NCBI GenBank assembly: GCA_045639585.1
Contig: JAZUDJ010000034.1
Span: 1,303-65,302 of the forward strand
Length of the DNA stretch: 64,000 bases
Origin: Bacteroidales bacterium
GTDB taxonomy: Bacteria; Bacteroidota; Bacteroidia; Bacteroidales; UBA3663
Reading direction: 5' to 3'
The notes under the pieces are model-generated. The model did not search any database, was not told where the DNA came from, and was given only the letters and a program-made list of their open reading frames with translations. Every line of letters begins with the position of its first letter. Position 1 is the stretch's first letter. Position numbers and translations under genes: made by a program. Below, piece after piece: positions 1-7,037 of this stretch.

Positions 1-2205
1 GAGTACAACGTAGTTCTTGATAAGGATATCCCAGTTGAGGGCCTCCAGGAGCTGGTTACCAAGTTCAAGGCAATGATCAAGGAGCGCACCGGCAAGGCAT
101 TCCCAGTGGATGTATACGAGCAGCTCTGGGGCGCTATCTGCGCTGTATTCGATTCATGGATGAACGAGCGTGCCATCCTCTATCGTAAGATGGAGGGCAT
201 CCCAGCTGAGTGGGGTACCGCAGTATCTGTTATGGCCATGGTCTTCGGTAACATGGGCAATACCTCAGCCACTGGCGTATGCTTCAGCCGTGACGCAGCT
301 ACCGGTGAGAACATCTTCAACGGTGAGTATTTGATCAATGCTCAGGGTGAGGACGTTGTAGCAGGTATCCGTACACCACAGCAGATCACCAAGGAGGGTT
401 CACAGCGTTGGGCAAAGCGTGCTGAGATCTCTGAGGAGGAGCGCGTAGCTAAGTATCCTTCTATGGAGGAGGCAATGCCAGAGCTTTACAAGGAGCTCGA
501 TGCCCTCCAGAACAAGCTTGAGAACCACTACCACGATATGCAGGATATGGAGTTCACCGTTCAGGAAGGTAAGCTTTGGTTCCTCCAGACTCGTAACGGT
601 AAGCGTACTGGTACTGCCATGGTTAAGATCGCTATGGATCTCGTAAAGGAGGGTCTCATCGACGAGAAGACCGCTCTCCAGCGCTGCGAGCCACAGAAGC
701 TTGACGAGCTGCTCCATCCAGTATTCGACAAGACCGCACTCAAGAAGGCTAAGGTGCTCACCACTGGTCTTCCTGCATCTCCAGGTGCTGCTTGTGGTCA
801 GATCGTCTTCTCAGCTGACGACGCAGAGGCTTGGCACAAGAATGGTCACAAGGTAGTCATGGTACGTATCGAGACTTCTCCTGAGGATCTCGCTGGTATG
901 GCTGCTGCTGAGGGTATCCTTACCTGCCGTGGCGGTATGACCTCACACGCTGCTGTTGTAGCTCGTGGTATGGGCAAGTGCTGCGTATCAGGTGCAGGCG
1001 CTCTTCAGGTCGATTATGTCAAGAAGACTGTCAAGATTGAGGACGTTGAGCTCCATGAGGGCGATTACCTCTCAATCAATGGTTCTACTGGTCAGGTCCT
1101 CCTCGGTGAGGTTGAGACCAAGGCTGCTGAGATCTCTGGCGACTTCGCAGAGCTCATGAACCTCTGTAACAAGTACACCAAGCTCGTTGTTCGCACCAAC
1201 GCTGATACTCCACACGATGCACAGGTTGCCCGCGACTTCGGTGCAGTAGGTATCGGTCTCTGCCGTACCGAGCACATGTTCTTCGAGGGTGAGAAGATCA
1301 AGGCTATGCGTGAGATGATTCTTGCAGAGGACGTTGCTGGTCGTAAGAAGGCTCTTGAGAAGCTCCTTCCATACCAGAAGGCTGACTTCTATGGCATTCT
1401 CAAGGCAATGGATGGCCTCGCAGTCAACATCCGTCTCCTCGATCCACCTCTCCACGAGTTCGTTCCACATGATCAGAAGGGTCAGCAGGAGATGGCTGAG
1501 GCAATGGGCGTAACCATCGATTACATCAAGGCACGTGTAGCTTCATTGAACGAGAACAACCCAATGCTCGGTCACCGTGGTTGCCGTCTTGGCATCACCT
1601 ATCCGGAGATCACCGAGATGCAGACCCGTGCTATCCTCGGCGCTGCTATCCAGTTGAAGAAGGAGGGTATGAACCCAGTTCCAGAGATCATGGTTCCACT
1701 CGTAGGCCGTCACCACGAGTTCGATATGCAGGAGGCTATCATTCGCAAGACCGCTGCTGCTCTCTTTGAGGAGGAAGGCGTTGAGCCATTCAACTTCAAG
1801 GTAGGTACCATGATCGAGATCCCACGTGCTGCTCTTACCGCTGACGCTGTTGCTGCTCGTGCAGAGTACTTCTCATTCGGTACCAACGACCTTACCCAGA
1901 TGACCTTCGGTTACTCACGTGACGATATCGCTTCGTTCCTCCCAGTTTACTTGGAGAAGAAGATCCTCAAGGTTGACCCATTCCAGGTACTCGACCAGAA
2001 GGGTGTAGGCCAGCTCATCAAGATGGCTGTAGAGAAGGGCCGCTCAGTACGTCCAGACCTCAAGTGCGGTATCTGTGGTGAGCACGGTGGTGAACCATCT
2101 TCTGTTAAGTTCTGCCACCGCGCAGGCTTGAACTACGTCTCTTGTTCTCCATTCCGTGTGCCTATCGCACGCCTTGCCGCCGCACAGGCCGCGGTCGAAG
2201 AATAA
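1..2205 (+). CDS. ppdK: pyruvate, phosphate dikinase (5' end cut by window edge)
   Basis: Frame 1 is open from nt 1, so the track ORF 73..2205 is only the first in-frame Met. GGMTSHAAVVARGMG phosphohistidine swivel motif and C-terminal PEP-utilising barrel (GTNDLTQ, CGEHGGEP). Confidence 0.95.
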   Translation, partial: EYNVVLDKDIPVEGLQELVTKFKAMIKERTGKAFPVDVYEQLWGAICAVFDSWMNERAILYRKMEGIPAEWGTAVSVMAMVFGNMGNTSATGVCFSRDAATGENIFNGEYLINAQGEDVVAGIRTPQQITKEGSQRWAKRAEISEEERVAKYPSMEEAMPELYKELDALQNKLENHYHDMQDMEFTVQEGKLWFLQTRNGKRTGTAMVKIAMDLVKEGLIDEKTALQRCEPQKLDELLHPVFDKTALKKAKVLTTGLPASPGAACGQIVFSADDAEAWHKNGHKVVMVRIETSPEDLAGMAAAEGILTCRGGMTSHAAVVARGMGKCCVSGAGALQVDYVKKTVKIEDVELHEGDYLSINGSTGQVLLGEVETKAAEISGDFAELMNLCNKYTKLVVRTNADTPHDAQVARDFGAVGIGLCRTEHMFFEGEKIKAMREMILAEDVAGRKKALEKLLPYQKADFYGILKAMDGLAVNIRLLDPPLHEFVPHDQKGQQEMAEAMGVTIDYIKARVASLNENNPMLGHRGCRLGITYPEITEMQTRAILGAAIQLKKEGMNPVPEIMVPLVGRHHEFDMQEAIIRKTAAALFEEEGVEPFNFKVGTMIEIPRAALTADAVAARAEYFSFGTNDLTQMTFGYSRDDIASFLPVYLEKKILKVDPFQVLDQKGVGQLIKMAVEKGRSVRPDLKCGICGEHGGEPSSVKFCHRAGLNYVSCSPFRVPIARLAAAQAAVEE

Positions 2206-2231
2206 ACGAAAGCTAAATTAGCTATATAAAT

Positions 2232-2269
2232 GGCAAGTATCTGGTAGCAGATACTTGCCATTATTTTTT
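2232..2269. terminator. bidirectional intrinsic terminator between ppdK and the convergent lipoprotein gene
   Basis: Perfect 12-bp stem GGCAAGTATCTG/CAGATACTTGCC with loop GTAG, followed by ATTATTTTTT. Confidence 0.7.
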
Positions 2270-2287
2270 GTTCGTCCAATTGATTGA

Positions 2288-2995
2288 TTACTTGTTGATG
2301 CTTAAGCCCAACTGATAAGCCTGTTCGATGTAAGGTGTTCCAGCTACGGCACCAGCTCTACCCATGGCGATAGCACGGACATAGCCACGCTCGGTAGGAT
2401 TTGGCAGACACATCACAAAGCCACGGAAACCATTGAGACACCACTCTGCTGTCTCGTCAGAATTCTGGGCGCAGGCGGTGATGTAGTAATACTCCTTGTT
2501 GCCCATACGCTCGTCACCCCAGGCAAGGAATGTAGCGTCGATGAAGGTCTTCATGCGGTCATTGACATTCATATAATAGGTAGGAGAAGCCATGCAGAGG
2601 ACGTCTGCTGCCAGGAATTTCTCGACCAGCTGTCCTGTCTCGTTGTCTCGTGGAACGTCAAGAGGTTTATTTGCACCATCTTCTGACAGAAATTCGAGAT
2701 TCAGATCAGCAAGGAAAACCTTCTCGACATTACCTCCTGCTTCCTGTGCACCTCGCACAAAAGCATCGGCCAGGAGATCGGTATTTCCACCACGGCGAGG
2801 ACTTGAGCTGATGACAAGCACATTCTTGCCCTCTTTCTTGTTGACTGTAGTTTCGCTATAAGGGATGCCAGAAACACTGGCCAGCGATGCCGTCTGAGGT
2901 GTTGTCTCAACTGTCACGTTTGTATCCTTATTGCCACTACATGATGCCAAAATCACCATCAATGCTGATGCAGTAATTGTAAATAGCTTATTCAT
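2288..2995 (-). CDS. flavodoxin-fold NAD(P)H-dependent FMN reductase-like protein with a lipoprotein signal peptide
   Basis: 235-aa ORF. N-terminal signal with lipobox ILASC, a ~45-aa linker, then VLVISSSPRRGGNTDLLADAF, which is typical of the NADPH-dependent FMN reductase/flavodoxin-like fold. Confidence 0.65.
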   Translation of the reverse strand: MNKLFTITASALMVILASCSGNKDTNVTVETTPQTASLASVSGIPYSETTVNKKEGKNVLVISSSPRRGGNTDLLADAFVRGAQEAGGNVEKVFLADLNLEFLSEDGANKPLDVPRDNETGQLVEKFLAADVLCMASPTYYMNVNDRMKTFIDATFLAWGDERMGNKEYYYITACAQNSDETAEWCLNGFRGFVMCLPNPTERGYVRAIAMGRAGAVAGTPYIEQAYQLGLSINK

Positions 2996-3033
2996 TAGTT
3001 ATAATTGTTTTTATTGCGTAAATAATCATTCTC

Positions 3034-3579
3034 TTATTCACCCAGCTTAGCCTTCAAATAACTGATGCCGAATTTTGCGACCTCCAGATCATCCTCAGAA
3101 AGACCTCCACTGAAGGCAAAAGCAAACTTATAGTTTTCCGATTCACCGTATGCACCACCAGTATAGTTCAGTTCTCCAGTCATGCACTTTCGATCAGGAT
3201 CGCCGCTGTCTGCCCCAGAGGCAATCACTTCACCTGCTTTCGACCAGGCAATGGCAACAAGGTTCCACCCTTTGTCTCCACCTTCTGCATTGTAGGGAGT
3301 ATCGACGACTTTCATCTCGCCAATCCAATCTACTTCTGACTGTTTGGGAAGTACTGAGGCGACGGCTACACCCTGCATGTTCATAGATCTGGCTTTCTTG
3401 GCCATCTCTTCAAGCGTTTCTGTTACTGCATTTCTGAGATCATTCATATTGTTTTCTTTATTGATTGTTTGTATAGATTCTTCATCATTTGTATTGCCCG
3501 AAGTGGGAGTTGCTGGTTGGCAGCTAAAAAGACTGAATACAGCAATAAGAAGACTGAAACTACGGAATGGACTTTTCAT
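3034..3579 (-). CDS. lipoprotein, possibly GlcG/HbpS-like (DUF336) heme-binding fold
   Basis: 181-aa ORF with lipobox LFSC. The C-terminal half (GVAVASVL, NLVAIAWSKAGEVIASG, GGAYGE..AFAFSGGLSEDDLEVAKFG) loosely matches the GlcG pattern. It lies 39 bp upstream of the FMN-reductase-like gene on the same strand. Confidence 0.5.
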   Translation of the reverse strand: MKSPFRSFSLLIAVFSLFSCQPATPTSGNTNDEESIQTINKENNMNDLRNAVTETLEEMAKKARSMNMQGVAVASVLPKQSEVDWIGEMKVVDTPYNAEGGDKGWNLVAIAWSKAGEVIASGADSGDPDRKCMTGELNYTGGAYGESENYKFAFAFSGGLSEDDLEVAKFGISYLKAKLGE

Positions 3580-3685
3580 TTTCTATTTATATTTTTTTGA
3601 TGTATTATTACTCATTTTAGTTTTACTACTCACCGAAACTATGGCATGATTGGCAAGAGCTACCTCTTCAAAGAAAAGTTTGGCA

Positions 3686-3693
3686 CAAAGATA
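3686..3693 (-). promoter_or_regulatory. Bacteroidota -7 box (TATCTTTG on minus strand) for the lipoprotein pair
   Basis: Plus strand reads CAAAGATA, which is TAnnTTTG on the minus strand, ~105 nt upstream of the ATG at 3579. Confidence 0.55.
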
Positions 3694-3839
3694 CGCAAAA
3701 CCTTTTGAAATGACAAATCTTTGCGCTCGAAATTCTTAATCTTTAACTATTGATAGATTTTTGTTGATACTTATGATCCTCGTCGGTCTTAACTTATGTC
3801 CGGCCGTTGGCATAACTTATGACCTCGAAAATCGCGCTG

Positions 3840-3847
3840 CAAAGGTA
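3840..3847 (-). promoter_or_regulatory. second, orphan -7-like box (TACCTTTG on minus strand)
   Basis: Plus strand reads CAAAGGTA. The nearest minus-strand CDS is 260 nt downstream, and an imperfect hairpin (3786-3825) lies in the predicted transcript. Confidence 0.3.
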
Positions 3848-3958
3848 CTGCTTTTTTCTGGAGCAAACAATACTTTTCCCGTATCACGAGATGCAGTTTC
3901 CCGCACTACGAGACGTCTGTCTTTTCTGGTCCTTCTCTTTAGGAGTAAAAATGTTGAA

Positions 3959-4182
3959 TTGTTAACTTGTTAACTTTAATAATCTCACTTTCTCTCTATT
4001 CTTCTCATCTCTCATCTGTTCTCGTTTTTCTCTTTTCTCTAAAGAGCTCTTTAGAATATATATAATAATATATTTATATTACATATAATAATGCGCGCGA
4101 TATTAATATATAAAAACATAGTTAATCTTCACCTCTTTTACATCATAAAAGCTAAGAATTTCTGGAGTTAACAAGTTAACAA
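3959..4182. repeat. 17-bp perfect inverted repeat pair flanking a 190-bp AT-rich segment
   Basis: TTGTTAACTTGTTAACT (3959-3975) and AGTTAACAAGTTAACAA (4166-4182). Each arm consists of two GTTAAC palindromes. Confidence 0.8.
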
Positions 4183-4352
4183 ATTAACAAATCAATAGAG
4201 TAAAGATGACATTGGTGATTTGTAATCGTCTTTGAGTCATAATTTTGATTGATATTGTCATTTTTGAGTAGTAATTTTTGACAGAGAGAAGCAAAATCAA
4301 ATTATCTTTTCATTTTTATATAATAATATTTGTTACTTTTACTTATTATTAT

Positions 4353-4360
4353 TATATTTG
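4353..4360 (+). promoter_or_regulatory. -7 box TATATTTG upstream of galE
   Basis: Matches TAnnTTTG, 70 nt upstream of the ATG at 4431. Confidence 0.5.
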
Positions 4361-4430
4361 TGACGGATTATGCTTAGAAAAGCTGTCTGGAAAAATTGAT
4401 TGTCTTGTTTACTCATTAACTATATTCGAT

Positions 4431-5459
4431 ATGAAAATTTTACTTCCTGGTGGAGCTGGATTTATTGGCAGTCACACCATTATAGAACTTGATAAGGCTG
4501 GTCATGAAGTCGTCGTAGTTGACAATTTTGTAAACTCTCAGCCTGAGGCGCTTCGTAGAGTGGAGAAGATCATTGGTAAGCCTGTGCCATTTGTAGAGGC
4601 TGACATCCGTGATCGTGCTGCTATGGATAAAGTTTTTACAGATTATCAGATTGATGCTGTAATCAACTTTGCTGGTCTCAAAGCAGTAGGCGAGAGTGTA
4701 GCTAAGCCACTTGAGTATTACGAGAACAATATGAATGGCGTTTTTGTTCTTGTTGACGTTATGCGTCAGCATGGCTGCAAGAACATCATCTTCTCATCAA
4801 GTGCTACCGTTTATGGTGATCCTGCAATCATTCCTATCACCGAAGAGTGTCCTAAGGGCCAGTGTACCAACCCTTATGGTTGGACCAAGTCGATGCTTGA
4901 GCAGGTTTTGATGGACGTGCAGAAGGCTGATCCGGAGTGGAATGTTGTCCTGCTTCGCTACTTCAATCCAATCGGAGCACATGAGTCAGGTCTCATCGGT
5001 GAGAATCCTAATGGTATCCCTAACAACTTGATGCCATACATCACCCAGACAGCTATTGGCATCCGCAAGGAACTTGGTGTCTTCGGTAACGATTATGATA
5101 CGCCAGATGGCACAGGTGTACGCGACTACATCCATGTTTGCGATCTTGCTGCTGGTCATGTTGCTGCCTTGAAGTGCTTCCAGAACGCTTCTGATACAGG
5201 TTCTCTCTACATTTACAACTTAGGAACTGGCCATGGATACTCAGTGCTCGATGTTGTCAAGGCCTTCGAGAAAGCCAATGGATTGAAGGTCCCTTATGCT
5301 ATCAAGCCTCGTCGCCCTGGTGATATTGCTACATGCTATTGCAACCCTGCCAAAGCCAAGGCTGAGCTCGGATGGGAGGCAAGATTTGGCATCGAAGAGA
5401 TGTGTCGTGATTCTTGGAATTTCCAGAAGAACAATCCTAAGGGTTACGAAAGCAAATAA
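4431..5459 (+). CDS. galE: UDP-glucose 4-epimerase
   Basis: MKILLPGGAGFIGSHT Rossmann start and a full-length SDR epimerase pattern (SSSATVYG, YGWTK). The track ORF start at 4278 adds an implausible AT-rich extension. Confidence 0.93.
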   Translation: MKILLPGGAGFIGSHTIIELDKAGHEVVVVDNFVNSQPEALRRVEKIIGKPVPFVEADIRDRAAMDKVFTDYQIDAVINFAGLKAVGESVAKPLEYYENNMNGVFVLVDVMRQHGCKNIIFSSSATVYGDPAIIPITEECPKGQCTNPYGWTKSMLEQVLMDVQKADPEWNVVLLRYFNPIGAHESGLIGENPNGIPNNLMPYITQTAIGIRKELGVFGNDYDTPDGTGVRDYIHVCDLAAGHVAALKCFQNASDTGSLYIYNLGTGHGYSVLDVVKAFEKANGLKVPYAIKPRRPGDIATCYCNPAKAKAELGWEARFGIEEMCRDSWNFQKNNPKGYESK

Positions 5460-5464
5460 TCTTG

Positions 5465-6877
5465 ATGACATTCATGGAACAGAAAATTACGGATTTCCTG
5501 AATATGATCAATGAGCCGATGGGTACAGTACTGGTGGTAGTGCTGGCACTCACCGGCCTCTGGTTTACGATCAGGACGAAAGGAATGCAGTTCAGGATGA
5601 TTGGGGAGATGACGAGACTTTTGTTTCAGTCGTCACCTAATCAGAAAGAGGGTAAGACGGTGAGCAGCTTCCAGGCATTTACGGTGTCGCTGGCTTCGCG
5701 TGTAGGCACTGGCAATCTGGCTGGTGTGGCTACGGCTATCGTAGTAGGTGGCCCAGGTGCGATCTTCTGGATGTGGGTCATGGCGCTTATCGGTAGTGTG
5801 AATACCTTCATCGAGTGTACGCTGGCACAGCTCTTCAAGGAGAAGGGTGAGGACTCGTATATCGGAGGTCCTGCCTATTATATCACCAAGGGTCTGAAGA
5901 AGCGCTGGTATGCCTGTATCTTTGCGGTGGCTATCATCGGTCAGTTCGGCTTGACCAATAATATGGTGCAGGTCAATACGATTTCATCGGCCTTTACTGT
6001 GGCGTTCGGCTTTAGTCCGATGGTGATGGCGGTGGTGCTGACGGTGGGTTCGATGGCGGTGATCTTCGGTGGTATCCAGCGTATTGCTAAGGTATGTTCG
6101 GTGATTGTGCCATTCATGGCGTTGGGTTATCTGCTCATCGCGCTGTGGATCATCGTGACCAATCTGGATCAGATTCCAGCGGTGCTGTCGATTATTGTCA
6201 AGAATGCTTTTGGCTTTGAACAAGCGCTCGGTGGTACGGTGGGTACTGCTATCATGATGGGCTTCAAGCGTGGTATCTTCAGTAATGAGGCTGGTGAGGG
6301 CAGTGCTCCTAATGCTGCTGCTACAGCTGAGACGTCGCACCCAGTGAAGCAGGGTCTTATACAGACGCTCGGTGTGTTTACTGATACGCTGGTGGTATGC
6401 TCTTGTACAGCCTTTATCATCATGTGCTCTGGTTTGTATGACTGTGGCGAGAATGGCATTGAGCTGACGCAGGTGGCGCTCTCGGCTCATATCGGAGAAA
6501 TCGGTAAGACGATCATTGCGGTGGCAATCCTCTTCTTCGCTTTCTCAAGCGTCTTGGGCAACTATTACTATGGAGAGTGTAATGTGCAGTTCCTCTTCGA
6601 GAAGACGCGTATGGAGAAGCATGGTGTACTGATCTATCGTCTGATACTGACCGTTGTCTTATTCCTGGGCGCGCTGATGACCATCGATATTGTGTGGGCA
6701 TTGGTCGATTTCTTCATGGTGATCATGACTGTATGTAACCTCATTGCAATCTGCCTGCTCGGACATTATGCTATACGTCTGCTGGATGACTATATCGAGC
6801 AGAAGAAGGCTGGAAAGGATCCTGTGTATAGGAAGGAGACTTGTCCGGAGATTCAGGATGAGACGGAGTGCTGGTGA
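5465..6877 (+). CDS. alanine/glycine:cation symporter (AGCS) family transporter
   Basis: Polytopic membrane protein with AGCS-type motifs (GTGNLAGVATAI, SNEAGEGSAPNAAA, FFAFSSVLGNYYYGE). ATG at 5465; the ATG at 5474 is also possible. Confidence 0.88.
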   Translation: MTFMEQKITDFLNMINEPMGTVLVVVLALTGLWFTIRTKGMQFRMIGEMTRLLFQSSPNQKEGKTVSSFQAFTVSLASRVGTGNLAGVATAIVVGGPGAIFWMWVMALIGSVNTFIECTLAQLFKEKGEDSYIGGPAYYITKGLKKRWYACIFAVAIIGQFGLTNNMVQVNTISSAFTVAFGFSPMVMAVVLTVGSMAVIFGGIQRIAKVCSVIVPFMALGYLLIALWIIVTNLDQIPAVLSIIVKNAFGFEQALGGTVGTAIMMGFKRGIFSNEAGEGSAPNAAATAETSHPVKQGLIQTLGVFTDTLVVCSCTAFIIMCSGLYDCGENGIELTQVALSAHIGEIGKTIIAVAILFFAFSSVLGNYYYGECNVQFLFEKTRMEKHGVLIYRLILTVVLFLGALMTIDIVWALVDFFMVIMTVCNLIAICLLGHYAIRLLDDYIEQKKAGKDPVYRKETCPEIQDETECW

Positions 6878-6879
6878 TG

Positions 6880-7037
6880 AACCCACCCCCGGCCCCTCCC
6901 GTCAAGGGAGGGGAGTAAGATGTGATTTGGGGTAAAGAATAAAGACCGCCCTCGTTACGAATGTGTAGCGAGGGCGGTTTTTTATATGCTGAACTAATCA
7001 CTCCCCTCCCTTGACGGGAGGGGCAGGGGGTGGGTTT
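6880..7037. repeat. GC-rich palindromic (REP/MITE-like) element filling the convergent gap
   Basis: 37-bp arms AACCCACCCCCGGCCCCTCCCGTCAAGGGAGGGGAGT (6880-6916) and ACTCCCCTCCCTTGACGGGAGGGGCAGGGGGTGGGTT (7000-7036) are reverse complements with 1 mismatch. Each arm contains its own hairpin CCCCTCCC-n5-GGGAGGGG. Confidence 0.85.
6945..6984. terminator. intrinsic terminator at the centre of the palindromic element
   Basis: Stem ACCGCCCTCG/CGAGGGCGGT with a 14-nt loop, followed by TTTTTT. Confidence 0.7.

Noticed and set aside
3761-3973. 70-aa ORF in the AT-rich gap
   Set aside because: It has a TTG start, no promoter box on its strand, a hydrophobic low-complexity translation, and it runs into the GTTAAC repeat. 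It is probably non-coding.
3959-4182. Invertible promoter (phase-variation shufflon) flanked by the 17-bp inverted repeats
   Set aside because: The 190-bp interior contains no TAnnTTTG box on either strand (no CAAAnnTA or TAnnTTTG seen). Each arm is itself palindromic (GTTAAC x2), so inverted and direct readings differ by only 2 nt. No recombinase gene is present in the window. It is kept only as part of the AT-rich-region finding.
4278-4430. N-terminal extensions proposed by the ORF track for galE (4278), the HTCS gene (15358-15453), GH97 (56632-56673), thiE (28026), thiH (31993), aroE (62782), plsC (51296) and the symporter (5462)
   Set aside because: The extensions start at TTG or run through AT-rich promoter sequence, and for the HTCS gene through its own -7 box. 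The conserved N-termini or signal peptides begin at the internal ATG in each case.
6744-7001. Short ORFs (6744..6935 plus strand, 6771..7001 minus strand) reading through the GC-rich palindromic element (Pro/Gly-rich peptides)
   Set aside because: They are artefacts of the G/C-run repeat arms. They overlap the symporter 3' end and the terminator.
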